Below are positions 49,197 to 58,654 of a DNA stretch of 64,000 nucleotides, in pieces. The notes below the pieces were generated by a model. It did no database searches and was not told where the DNA came from. It saw only the letters and a list, made by a program, of their open reading frames with translations. The translations under genes were made by a program, and so were the position numbers. Numbering within the stretch: position 1 is the first letter of the stretch; each line of letters starts with the position of its first letter. The DNA is taken from assembly GCA_963837025.1 (NCBI GenBank), contig CAWILT010000002.1, forward strand, positions 705,089-769,088, given 5' to 3'. This DNA is from an uncultured Alphaproteobacteria bacterium (GTDB lineage Bacteria; Pseudomonadota; Alphaproteobacteria; Rickettsiales; JALZUV01).

Positions 49197-50771
49197 ATGA
49201 AAATGAAAGCAGCGATGACAAACACACTACCCACACTCGGTTATGGTTTAGTGCTAAGATCGCAACATTGGGACGCAATTTTGGCATCGCCCAACCACGC
49301 GGTGGATTGGTTTGAGATTATATCAGAAAATTTCATGCATAATTTTGGTTACGCGCGCGATGTTTTAGGTGAAATTGCACGCGCTAAACCAGTGGTTATG
49401 CACGGCGTATCCCTATCAATCGGCAGCAGCGATGCACTTGATTTGGAATATGTCAAAACACTCAAAGCGCTCGCCGATTGGGTGAATCCTCCTTGGATAT
49501 CCGATCATATTTGTTGGACGGGCATCAATCACACCAACACACATGATTTGCTGCCGCTACCCTACACCCGCGATAGTTTGGCAAATTGCGTCGCTAAAAC
49601 GCGGGAGTTTCAATCACGTATGGAGCGGCCATTACTGCTTGAAAACCCATCAAACTATATGGAGTTTGCCGATAACACCCTGACCGAATGGCAGTTCGTA
49701 AACGAGCTTTTAGAACAGGCCGATTGCCATTTGCTGCTAGATATCAATAACGTGTATGTCACCTGCTTTAATCATCGACTAGAGCCTAAAACCTATATTG
49801 ATTCCATTGACCCGAATCGCATCGCGCAAATTCATCTGGCGGGGCATGAACATCATGGCAGCCATTTAATTGATACGCATAATCAACCCGTGCATGATGA
49901 TGTATTGGCGCTCTATCATTACACAATGCAAACCAAAGGTTTCACGTCAACCATGCTAGAATGGGATGCGGATATTCCCAATTTTGCAACCATGCTGAGT
50001 GAGTTGGAGCGTATTAAAACTGCCAATCAAACATTAGATTTGCCTAATTTTTCTACAGCTCATTCGGATGCTACAATATCAAAACCGCTGCCATATCATG
50101 TGCGTATGCAGCAATTTCAACAATGTGTTTTACAACGCAAAGCTCCCGCCGATTGGGTTAAAGATAAGCCTGAATTTTCAAGCAATGCGCAAATGAATGT
50201 CTATCAGTTAGCATATCGCAAACGTTTATTCGATAGCCTGCAAAATCATTTTCCTGAAACATTAAAAGCGATGGGGCAGGAGGATTTTAATCTGGCCGCA
50301 CGCAGCTACATCGAAGCAACCCCATCACAATTTCGCGCGATGGAGCCTTATCTTAATGCGTTTGCCACATTCTTGAAAACCTTTGCTCCTACCTTTGCAA
50401 GCATTGCGCAGACCGAGGCTTCCATGCATCAACTACGCGATAAGCCTCAGCCTTTGCCGCTTACGCCACAGCAATTTGCACAAGCTGCAAATGGCGATTT
50501 TGCAACAATCAATTTACAACTCACCCCCGCTTGCTTGCTCACCCCGCGCGCCGTTTATCTGTGCCAAAAATCTGATATTTTTCGTCAACCCTTAGAGCCA
50601 ATCGAATATGAAACCCTTAAAGCTATTGCCGAAAATGCATCGTTAGAAGATGCAATGCATACGCTTTATGAGCGTGATTTGTGCGATGAAAACTCACTCA
50701 TTCCTACAGTGCAACAAGTGCTAACTACCTTTATGCCGAAAGGATTTTTCATTTTAGCCCCTTCCGGCTAA
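49197..50771 (+). CDS. Fused DUF692 (MNIO, MbnB/BufB-like) and DUF2063 (BufC-like) protein
   Basis: The N-terminal half has WFEIISENFM, HGVSLSIGS, DLLPLPYT, LLLENPSNY, LLLDINNVYV and IAQIHLAGHE...IDTH, which is the DUF692 pattern. The C-terminal half has MQQFQQCVLQ...MNVYQLAYRKRLFDSLQNHFPETLKAMGQEDFNLAARSYIE, which is the DUF2063 pattern. It is a single ORF. Possible starts are 49197, 49203 or 49215. Confidence 0.85.
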   Translation: MKMKAAMTNTLPTLGYGLVLRSQHWDAILASPNHAVDWFEIISENFMHNFGYARDVLGEIARAKPVVMHGVSLSIGSSDALDLEYVKTLKALADWVNPPWISDHICWTGINHTNTHDLLPLPYTRDSLANCVAKTREFQSRMERPLLLENPSNYMEFADNTLTEWQFVNELLEQADCHLLLDINNVYVTCFNHRLEPKTYIDSIDPNRIAQIHLAGHEHHGSHLIDTHNQPVHDDVLALYHYTMQTKGFTSTMLEWDADIPNFATMLSELERIKTANQTLDLPNFSTAHSDATISKPLPYHVRMQQFQQCVLQRKAPADWVKDKPEFSSNAQMNVYQLAYRKRLFDSLQNHFPETLKAMGQEDFNLAARSYIEATPSQFRAMEPYLNAFATFLKTFAPTFASIAQTEASMHQLRDKPQPLPLTPQQFAQAANGDFATINLQLTPACLLTPRAVYLCQKSDIFRQPLEPIEYETLKAIAENASLEDAMHTLYERDLCDENSLIPTVQQVLTTFMPKGFFILAPSG

Positions 50772-50823
50772 CTCATGCCAGCCATAAAGTGAGAGAAATT
50801 TCACCCTAACCTAAGGCTTTTTT

Positions 50824-51177
50824 ATGGCAGAATCCACGCAGTTCCAACCCATTATCACCACCAACCTCACCACTCTAATGGCGGATGGCCAAACCGAATC
50901 TTCCGCGATTGATTTATCCGGAACCACCCTTGCAGCGCTAAGCATACCCGCAGAATTTGAAGGCGCCAGCATCTCACTTAAAGCGGCTATTGCTGCTAAT
51001 GGAAACTTTGTATCCGTTTATGATGCTAAAGGCATTGTGGTTTCTTTTAACGCCGCGGCGAATCGGTTTATTGTTATTGAGCCTGCCTTAATGGCTGGTT
51101 TGCAGCATATAAAACTTGTTTCCAATGTGGCGCAATCGGGTGATGCAACCATCACGCTACTCACTCGCCCCATTTAA
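50824..51177 (+). CDS. Hypothetical protein
   Basis: 117-aa ORF with no recognisable motif. Confidence 0.4.
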   Translation: MAESTQFQPIITTNLTTLMADGQTESSAIDLSGTTLAALSIPAEFEGASISLKAAIAANGNFVSVYDAKGIVVSFNAAANRFIVIEPALMAGLQHIKLVSNVAQSGDATITLLTRPI

Positions 51178-51187
51178 GGTTAATAAT

Positions 51188-51940
51188 ATGAGCTTGCTTA
51201 CTACGCTAAACCCCACACAATCGGCCTTTGATACTCTCGTCCGCCGTCCATCGCTTGAAGTATTTTTCGATGCCATCGCTTCGCCGCGCACGTTAACCAC
51301 AAGCAACCAAGTGCAGCAATGGAACGATATTTCAGGCAACAATAATCACGCGCTAAAAGTTGCTACCGATCCCATGCCCACTTATGTGGCATCTAAAGAT
51401 GGGTTTCCGTCCATCTATAGCGATGGTCAAGCAGGCCGAAAGCTTGATTTTAATCACAGCGTTACAGTGAATGATCCCTTTACCGCCATCGCTTTATTTT
51501 TAGGCGATAATAGCATAAGCGATCCTTCTACTGGTTCATCACTCAATGTGGTGTTTGCTTTTGGGGGTGCCGATGCGAGCAATAACAGCGTGGCGTTGCG
51601 CCAATCGCGCGATAATCTGCGCGATTTAAGTTTTGTTGGCTATGGCGGCGGTTCGCAGTTGGATGACAGTCCCTATAACAGCTTTGAAACTTTTGCCATT
51701 AGTTATGATACCATCAAGGTTAAAATGCATTACGGCAACATACTTGAAAGTGGTAGCAACTATAATGCAGCCGCCACTCGCGTAATGGGAACCGGCCGAT
51801 TATTTAATGAAAGCCCTCAAAATAGTTCTCGTACGGGTATTGGCTGGCTGCGCTGTATGCTTTTATATAAAGAGGCTTTGAGCGACACCACGCGCAATCA
51901 AATTACCTTGGCTCTAAAACAACGCTACGGCGCTGTATAG
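51188..51940 (+). CDS. Hypothetical protein, possibly a LamG-like jelly-roll
   Basis: QQWNDISGNNNHALKVATDPMPTYV...GFPSIYSDG resembles the W-x-D-x-SGNGNHA signature of LamG-type phage and cell-surface proteins. Confidence 0.4.
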   Translation: MSLLTTLNPTQSAFDTLVRRPSLEVFFDAIASPRTLTTSNQVQQWNDISGNNNHALKVATDPMPTYVASKDGFPSIYSDGQAGRKLDFNHSVTVNDPFTAIALFLGDNSISDPSTGSSLNVVFAFGGADASNNSVALRQSRDNLRDLSFVGYGGGSQLDDSPYNSFETFAISYDTIKVKMHYGNILESGSNYNAAATRVMGTGRLFNESPQNSSRTGIGWLRCMLLYKEALSDTTRNQITLALKQRYGAV

Positions 51941-51980
51941 ATACAGTTGCCTTTTGAACCATGAATCATTACATTGCCGC

Positions 51981-52859
51981 ATGGAAAAATTTAATGGAAT
52001 TATCACAGCCATGGTTACCCCCATGCGTGATGGCGCGGTGGATTACACCGCACTTGAGGCTTTCATCAATTGGCAAATTGCGGAAGGCATTCACGGTTTA
52101 GTGCCCTGTGGCACCACGGGCGAATCGGCTACCTTATCCTATGATGAGCATAAAAAAGTGGTGCAGCGCACCGTTGAGATTGTAAATGGCCGTGTGCCGG
52201 TGATTGCCGGCGCAGGCTCCAATGCAACGGATGAGGCAATATTGCTAGCTAAGTCAGCGCAAAAAAGCGGCGCAGATGCGGTACTCACCGTATCACCTTA
52301 TTACAATAAACCTTCCGAAGAAGGGCTTTATGCGCATTTTAAAGCCATTCATGACAATACCGATATTCCGATGATTTTATATAATATCCCCGGCCGCAGC
52401 GTAGTGAATATGAGTGATACACTTATTGCAAAGCTCGCCGATCTACCGCGCATTATTGGAACAAAAGATGCCACCGGAAATTTAGCCCGTGTAAGTACAT
52501 TACGAGGCTTGGCAGGCTCCGATTTCATTCAGTTATCCGGTGAAGATATGACCGCTATCGGCTTTAATGCCATGGGCGGTAAAGGGGTTATTTCAGTTTC
52601 TTCCAATGTGATTCCCTCAATACTTGCAAAAATTCAGCAACTTACGCTTCGCAATGATTGCGAGGCGGCTTTATTGCTACATGATGATACGGTGGATTTG
52701 CATGAGGCAATGTTCTGCACCTCATCGCCCGCGCCCGTAAAATATGCTTTATCGCGCTTAGGACGATGCACGCCTGATGTGCGCTTGCCGATTGTACCCG
52801 TCAACGATACGCACAAAGCTCAAATTGATCGTGCTATGGTGAAGCTAGGCATCATTTAA
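51981..52859 (+). CDS. dapA: 4-hydroxy-tetrahydrodipicolinate synthase
   Basis: ITAMVTPM, VPCGTTGES and ILYNIPGRS motifs, length 292 aa. Confidence 0.93.
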   Translation: MEKFNGIITAMVTPMRDGAVDYTALEAFINWQIAEGIHGLVPCGTTGESATLSYDEHKKVVQRTVEIVNGRVPVIAGAGSNATDEAILLAKSAQKSGADAVLTVSPYYNKPSEEGLYAHFKAIHDNTDIPMILYNIPGRSVVNMSDTLIAKLADLPRIIGTKDATGNLARVSTLRGLAGSDFIQLSGEDMTAIGFNAMGGKGVISVSSNVIPSILAKIQQLTLRNDCEAALLLHDDTVDLHEAMFCTSSPAPVKYALSRLGRCTPDVRLPIVPVNDTHKAQIDRAMVKLGII

Positions 52860-52860
52860 T

Positions 52861-53343
52861 ATGGCAACTAAGTCCAAAAATAGCATGATTTCGCATGGTG
52901 TTGTTGCGCGAAATAAACGTGCCAATTTTGATTTCGAAATTTCCGATGAGGTAGAGGCAGGCTTAATTCTAACGGGAACCGAAGTGAAATCAATGCGACT
53001 AGCTAAAGCTCAAATTAACGAATGTTATGTAGGCGAAAAGGATGGCGGCTTGTGGTTGTTAGGCGCCATGATTGCACAATATGATGGTGGAAACCGCCAA
53101 AATCACGAAGAAAAACGCCCACGCAAAGTGCTGTTAAAAAAGAAGCAGGAGCTTAAATTATTAGGCGAGATAACCAAAAAAGGCATCACTTTGGTGCCCA
53201 TAAAATTATTCTTTAACAGCCGTGGCATTGCAAAACTTATCATTGGTTTAGGTAAGGGTAAAAAAGAATTTGAAAAACGCGATAGTATTAAAGACCGCGA
53301 CTGGCAACGCGACAAAGCCCGCATCATGAAAGAACATAGCTAG
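52861..53343 (+). CDS. smpB: SsrA-binding protein SmpB
   Basis: 160 aa with VARNKRANFDFEI...GLILTGTEVKS...RPRKVLLKKKQ. Confidence 0.95.
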   Translation: MATKSKNSMISHGVVARNKRANFDFEISDEVEAGLILTGTEVKSMRLAKAQINECYVGEKDGGLWLLGAMIAQYDGGNRQNHEEKRPRKVLLKKKQELKLLGEITKKGITLVPIKLFFNSRGIAKLIIGLGKGKKEFEKRDSIKDRDWQRDKARIMKEHS

Positions 53344-53349
53344 AATATT

Positions 53350-53676
53350 TTAGCGTAAAGGCATGATTGTTGGCTGATTAGCAGACTTACGTCGTTGATT
53401 AATGTAGTCACAAAAACTATCAATACCATCATTCACTGCCTGTTGACGTAATGGCATTGCATGCGATTCAGGAGACTTTTTAAATCGCGCTAAATAAGAT
53501 TCGCCTCTTGATGGTAATATTTCCGCCGCTACCGATAGCACTGATTTTGCATTACCTGCTGCTCCAACAAAATCAAATTCATCGCCTAAGGGGTGTTTGC
53601 GTAAGGTTTCATCAATTTTAGCAAAAGCGCGCAATTTAGCAGCTTCAATTATTTCAGGGCAGTAGCGGTTATCCAT
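53350..53676 (-). CDS. Hypothetical protein
   Basis: 108-aa ORF with no recognisable motif. Confidence 0.4.
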   Translation of the reverse strand: MDNRYCPEIIEAAKLRAFAKIDETLRKHPLGDEFDFVGAAGNAKSVLSVAAEILPSRGESYLARFKKSPESHAMPLRQQAVNDGIDSFCDYINQRRKSANQPTIMPLR

Positions 53677-53717
53677 AAACTATCATAACGCGAAATTATG
53701 TAAGTTTAATGACAGCG

Positions 53718-54223
53718 TTAGCGTTGGTCTTTCCAATAAATAAATTCATCGTCGGCTTGCTTGCCCACCATGTAGTAGTAATGCGAATGATGGGTAAATC
53801 CCCAGCGCGCATAAAAGCGTTGAGCACCTACATTCTCGCTATAACACTCAAATAAATGGCGGCTTTATGGCTAAGATCATCCATCATATTTTGCATCAAT
53901 ATCTGCCCAATTCCTTGGCCTTGGAAGGCGGAATCAATATAAAGCCTGTCAATCTCCGCACAGGGTTCTATAGGATTCTCAACCGGAAGCGTCATACGCC
54001 CCCATTTAGCATAACCAATAATTTTCTTCTGATAAAATACCAATAAGATGGCATCCTTATTCAATTCATCATGAAAAAACGCATCACTGCAATAGGTTTG
54101 CAAATAATCAGCAAGGTCATGCTTACTGTAAAGATGCCCAAATTTTTCATTAAATGCGCGCTGGGCAAATTCGGCTAGAGCAGGAATGTCTGAAAGCAGG
54201 ATGCGCCGTTAGTCGTAAGTCAT
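53718..54223 (-). pseudogene. GNAT-family N-acetyltransferase with an in-frame stop and a frameshift
   Basis: ATG at 54223, then TAA at codon 5 (54209-54211). The GNAT core is RLYIDSAFQGQGIGQILM. The C-terminal ENVGAQRFYARWGFTHHSHYYYMVGKQADDEFIYWKDQR is in another frame. The length is 506 nt. Confidence 0.8.
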
Positions 54224-54224
54224 T

Positions 54225-54671
54225 TTACCGTCTCAAGGCAAAAAATTCTTTGAGCAAGGCTGACGCCTCGCTTTCCATCAAACCGCCTATCACTTCAGGC
54301 ACGTGGTGGCAGGTGGGTTGCTGATAAAAACGAGCGCCATGTTCCACCCCCCCGCCTTTGGGGTCGTAAGCGCCAAAATAAAGCCGGCTGATACGTGCAA
54401 AGCTAATCGCGGCGGCGCACATGGTGCAAGGTTCAAGCGTTACATATAAATCGCAATCAATTAAACGAGGCGAGCGTAAAATCTTACCTGCTTGTGCAAT
54501 GGCCAGAACTTCAGCATGTGCACATGGATTGACATCGGTCTCAGTTAAATTACTAGCTTGTGCAATAACTTTATTTTGGTAGATAATCACCGCACCTACC
54601 GGAACTTCGCCCAAAATTGCAGCGTGTTTAGCTAGCGCTAAAGCTTGTTGCATGGGGGTGGCCGTAGCCAT
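54225..54671 (-). CDS. tadA: tRNA adenosine(34) deaminase
   Basis: CAHAEVLAI and LEPCTMCAAAI zinc motifs, length 148 aa. Confidence 0.92.
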   Translation of the reverse strand: MATATPMQQALALAKHAAILGEVPVGAVIIYQNKVIAQASNLTETDVNPCAHAEVLAIAQAGKILRSPRLIDCDLYVTLEPCTMCAAAISFARISRLYFGAYDPKGGGVEHGARFYQQPTCHHVPEVIGGLMESEASALLKEFFALRR

Positions 54672-54673
54672 TT

Positions 54674-55192
54674 TTATTTGCGGAACGTATCGATGGATAT
54701 CACTTCGGCTACGGGGCGTTTATCTTTGCCTTTTTTGCCTTTACCACCATCATTATCCATCAACGGCAGCTCATCATCGGCGGCATCTTCACCATCATCA
54801 AATTCAAAATCATCATCAATTAAATGGAATTGTAGGCCAAATTTAATAGATGGATCGGCAAAAGCCGTCATGGCTGCAAAAGGCACCACCAACTTTTCAG
54901 GTCGTTTATTAAAGCTTAACGTGATGGAAAAGAGTTTCTCAGTTACAATCAAATCCCAAAATTGATGTTGCAACACAATCGTCATTTCGTTCGGATATTT
55001 CTTCTTTAAAACCGATGAAATCTCAACGCCGGCAAAATTGGTATCGAATGTAATGAAAAAATGATGCTCACCAGGCAATTCGCCTTCAGCCTCAACTTGG
55101 CGCAACGCTTGCTTTACAACGCCACGCATTGCCTCGTCGATCATGGTGGGGTAGTCAATTAAAATTTCATTATCCATAGAAGTATCATTCAT
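54674..55192 (-). CDS. sspB: SspB-family ClpXP adaptor
   Basis: IDYPTMIDEAMRGVVKQAL...HHFFITFDT...IVLQHQFWDL, an acidic linker, and a basic C-terminal tail. Confidence 0.7.
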   Translation of the reverse strand: MNDTSMDNEILIDYPTMIDEAMRGVVKQALRQVEAEGELPGEHHFFITFDTNFAGVEISSVLKKKYPNEMTIVLQHQFWDLIVTEKLFSITLSFNKRPEKLVVPFAAMTAFADPSIKFGLQFHLIDDDFEFDDGEDAADDELPLMDNDGGKGKKGKDKRPVAEVISIDTFRK

Positions 55193-55300
55193 TACTGCAT
55201 TACTATTGCAAACATATTAGCGCTGATTAACCCTGTTAGCGAGGATGTTTTTTATAAAAATCGAACAAAGGCAGTATTAAAGCATTTAGAATTAAAGACA

Positions 55301-56290
55301 CTAGTCTTTTCTACGACCATTGCTTAGCAATTTATTCTGTTCAATCGCTGCTTTGGTATGTGTGTCGCGTAGCTGTTCATAGCGTTGCGCGGCATCTTGT
55401 TTTATCGTTTGCACCTCATCGGCCATAGCAAATAAATGGCCATCTCCATCTCCGCGAATATCGGATGAAAATTTAGTGGCCATTTCATCAAGCTTATGAA
55501 AAAATTTCAATTTAAATTCTTGGGTTGCATCTTCAATTATTTCATGCACTTTTTGCGCTATAATTTTCTTATCATCTACGGATTTTAATTCCTCTTGAAG
55601 TCGGTTAATTTGCTCGGTTTGGAATGTTTGTAAATCATCCTCCAAATCAACTTTATTTTGTTTAACAAGATGATGATATAAAACAATATCTTTGGCTTGA
55701 AAGTTAGTATTATCTTCTTGAATGGTATAAAGTTTCTCGCCTTGTGCGGCAAAAATAAGCTGAATTTCATCTTTCCAAATTCGCGCATTAATATATTTAT
55801 GGGTGCGCGAAATATTTTGGCGTTGGCGTTCAATTTCCATGCGCATATGCGACATATCATCGTGCGCTTTATGAAATAATTCCTTAGTCGCTATTTGCGC
55901 ATATCCGGTATTAATCAAAATATTCTTATCCATAACATTTGTTTCAGCCGTAAGCTGTCTTCTAAATTCGCCAATTTGTGAAAATAAATAATTACTGGCA
56001 AAAAATTGCCAATCTGCACCTTCATTAAATTGATGAGGTTTTTCCTTAAAAATATATTCTTTGCGATAATTAGTAACGGCTTCAGGGTATAAATTTTGAA
56101 AGCGCGTTAAATCACCGCCATCTTTTACATCTTTTAACAAAGACAAAAGTTTATCAAGCTGCATAGGATTATCTTTTTCAGAATCATGCAATGCAATGGT
56201 GTCAGTTAAGAATTTTTTATAAAATTCACGTTCTTGATTTTTAGACATAAATTCGTTTCTTATGGGTTGTTCCAAACCACACTCTAACAT
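55301..56290 (-). CDS. AT-rich coiled-coil protein of unknown function
   Basis: 329-aa ORF (alternative start 56248), rich in K, E and Q. Confidence 0.5.
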   Translation of the reverse strand: MLECGLEQPIRNEFMSKNQEREFYKKFLTDTIALHDSEKDNPMQLDKLLSLLKDVKDGGDLTRFQNLYPEAVTNYRKEYIFKEKPHQFNEGADWQFFASNYLFSQIGEFRRQLTAETNVMDKNILINTGYAQIATKELFHKAHDDMSHMRMEIERQRQNISRTHKYINARIWKDEIQLIFAAQGEKLYTIQEDNTNFQAKDIVLYHHLVKQNKVDLEDDLQTFQTEQINRLQEELKSVDDKKIIAQKVHEIIEDATQEFKLKFFHKLDEMATKFSSDIRGDGDGHLFAMADEVQTIKQDAAQRYEQLRDTHTKAAIEQNKLLSNGRRKD

Positions 56291-56303
56291 AGAATCGTTA
56301 ACG

Positions 56304-56370
56304 AATGATGACTAGCCGAAAGGGGCTTGCTAAATCATGGCATGAGCGTTATTTTCGGCCACTCATCATT
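56304..56370 (+). promoter_or_regulatory. Long imperfect hairpin in the ettA upstream region
   Basis: AATGATGACTAGCCGAAA (56304-56321) pairs with TTTCGGCCACTCATCATT (56353-70) at 16 of 18 positions. The 31-nt loop contains ATGGCATGA. Confidence 0.3.
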
Positions 56371-56388
56371 TAAAAAGGAATCCTTCTC

Positions 56389-58047
56389 ATGGCCGAAAAA
56401 TTTATCTACCACATGCAAGATTTGAAAAAATCCTACACGGGCGGCAAAGAAGTGTTGAAGGGCATTTACCTAAGTTTCTACCCGGGTGCTAAAATTGGCT
56501 TGTTAGGCCCCAATGGCTCTGGTAAATCAACCCTGCTTAAAATTATGGCGGGTGTAGATACCGAATTTGTGGGCGAAGCATGGGCGGCTGATGGCACGAA
56601 AATTGGCTATTTAGAGCAAGAGCCGCACTTAGATGAATCTAAAAACGTGCTCGAAAATATTTTGGAAGGGCTAAAAGATAAAAAGGCTCTGGTGGATCGT
56701 TATAATGAAATTATGATGGATTATAGCGACGATGTGGCCGATGAAGCTGCTGAGTTACAAGATAAAATTGATGCCGCCAACGCGTGGGATTTCGAGCGCG
56801 AAGCACAAATAGCTATGGATGCCTTGCGCACACCCGCTGGCGACAAAGAAGTCACCAATCTTTCAGGTGGTGAGAAGCGCCGAGTGGCCTTATGCAAACT
56901 ACTGCTTGAAAAACCCGATATGCTGTTGCTTGATGAGCCAACTAACCATCTTGATGCCGAATCGGTGGCATGGCTTGAGCATTTCCTCGCCGATTACAAA
57001 GGCACCGTGGTGATGATTACGCATGATAGATATTTTCTCGATAATGTAACAGGCTGGATACTCGAACTCGATAACGGTCATGGCATTCCCTATGAGGGCA
57101 ATTACTCCACTTATTTAGAAGCCAAAGCCAAACGCGTAAGCCAAGAGCAGCGTGAAGAGGGTAACCGTCAGAAAAAGATTGAAGAAGAATTGGAATGGGT
57201 GCGAAGCTCGCCCAAAGCCCGCCAATCAAAATCGAAAGCACGCTTAAAATCTTTCGATGAGTTAGTGCGTAATGCTTCTGAAAAACGCAGTGGAAATTCG
57301 CAAATTATTATTCCCGCAGCGGAGCGTTTAGGCAATAATGTTATTCAAGCCAGTAATGTTGAAAAAGCGTATGGCGAACGCTTGCTGATTGATGATTTAA
57401 GTTTTGATATTCCCCCTGGCGCTATCGTGGGTGTAATCGGCCCTAACGGCGCAGGTAAAACCACGTTATTTAAAATGATAACTGATAATGAAAAGCCTGA
57501 TGCCGGCTCGGTCACTATCGGCGAATCCGTGCAATTAGGTTATATTGATCAATCACGCGATTCGCTTGATGGCTCAAAAACCGTGTTTGAAGAAATTTCG
57601 GGCGGCACCGATATGCTCTATTTAGGCAGAACGGAAATGAAATCGCGCGCCTATTGCTCGGCCTTTAATTTCAAAGGTTCTGACCAACAAAAGAAAGTAG
57701 GGCAACTTTCAGGTGGCGAACGCAACCGTGTGCATCTGGCTAAAATGCTTAAAGAGGGCAATAATGTTATCATGCTCGATGAGCCAACCAACGATTTAGA
57801 TATTGAAACGCTGCGTGCGCTGGAAGAAGCTTTGTTGGAATTTGCAGGCTGCGCCATTATCATCTCGCATGATAGATGGTTTTTAGATCGCATCGCCACG
57901 CATATTTTAGCATTTGAAGGCAATAGCCATGTGGAATGGTTCGAAGGTAACTTTGCCGATTATGAAGCCGATTTTGAGCGCCGTTACGGCCACAAGTTTG
58001 AGCCGCGCGCCATTAAATATAAACCACTCGAACGCAAAGCGGGCTAA
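56389..58047 (+). CDS. ettA: ABC-F translational throttle protein EttA
   Basis: 552 aa with two cassettes (GPNGSGKST and GPNGAGKTT), LSGGE twice, and an EttA-type arm and linker. Confidence 0.92.
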   Translation: MAEKFIYHMQDLKKSYTGGKEVLKGIYLSFYPGAKIGLLGPNGSGKSTLLKIMAGVDTEFVGEAWAADGTKIGYLEQEPHLDESKNVLENILEGLKDKKALVDRYNEIMMDYSDDVADEAAELQDKIDAANAWDFEREAQIAMDALRTPAGDKEVTNLSGGEKRRVALCKLLLEKPDMLLLDEPTNHLDAESVAWLEHFLADYKGTVVMITHDRYFLDNVTGWILELDNGHGIPYEGNYSTYLEAKAKRVSQEQREEGNRQKKIEEELEWVRSSPKARQSKSKARLKSFDELVRNASEKRSGNSQIIIPAAERLGNNVIQASNVEKAYGERLLIDDLSFDIPPGAIVGVIGPNGAGKTTLFKMITDNEKPDAGSVTIGESVQLGYIDQSRDSLDGSKTVFEEISGGTDMLYLGRTEMKSRAYCSAFNFKGSDQQKKVGQLSGGERNRVHLAKMLKEGNNVIMLDEPTNDLDIETLRALEEALLEFAGCAIIISHDRWFLDRIATHILAFEGNSHVEWFEGNFADYEADFERRYGHKFEPRAIKYKPLERKAG

Positions 58048-58104
58048 GCAAAAATTGATTTTTCTTTAAGTAAATTTTAAGCTTTATGCATTAAAGTTTT
58101 TAAA

Positions 58105-58647
58105 ATGGATAGACAAGAAATTGATGACGCATTTGATGAAGAAATAAAGCGTAGCCGCCCCGCTGTCGCGCTAAGCTACACACTTTTGAAAGATGATATG
58201 GAAGTTTTTCAATCGCATCTCAAAAAAGCAATTAAATACGAAAAGCGCGAAGAAGAAAAAGAAATGCTATGCTATTATTTAGGGCAAGTGCATAAATTCA
58301 TTGAGCCTTTGGATGATCTTTTAAAAATAAAACCGCCTGAAATGGGTGATGAAGATATCTCTAAACTCCCCGGGCAAAAGAACTACATTGCACCCACCAT
58401 TGAAGAGCTTTCTTCTCCCTATTACCGACCGCCCAGCGCAACCGATGCCGATATTAGTGACAATTTTAAATCATTAGCGGGGCAAGCATTACTTTATGCC
58501 CGCAATGCGATTGATCTTATTGAAAAAAGCAACCCAAATCCCAGTTGGAAAGTTACCATTTTAAAAGAAGAGCTTGATGCCAGCTACAAAAAAGCCTTTT
58601 ACGCATTTGTTGGCGAAAAAGATGATATAGGAACTTCACGCAATTAA
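58105..58647 (+). CDS. Hypothetical protein
   Basis: 180-aa ORF with no recognisable motif. Confidence 0.4.
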   Translation: MDRQEIDDAFDEEIKRSRPAVALSYTLLKDDMEVFQSHLKKAIKYEKREEEKEMLCYYLGQVHKFIEPLDDLLKIKPPEMGDEDISKLPGQKNYIAPTIEELSSPYYRPPSATDADISDNFKSLAGQALLYARNAIDLIEKSNPNPSWKVTILKEELDASYKKAFYAFVGEKDDIGTSRN

Positions 58648-58654
58648 AAAATAA

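Noticed and set aside
38209-55192. ssrA, smpB and sspB all occur in the window, which could be read as a trans-translation supercluster
   Set aside because: They are separated by 14 kb and by many unrelated genes. dapA-smpB adjacency is ordinary, so this is probably coincidence rather than a functional locus.
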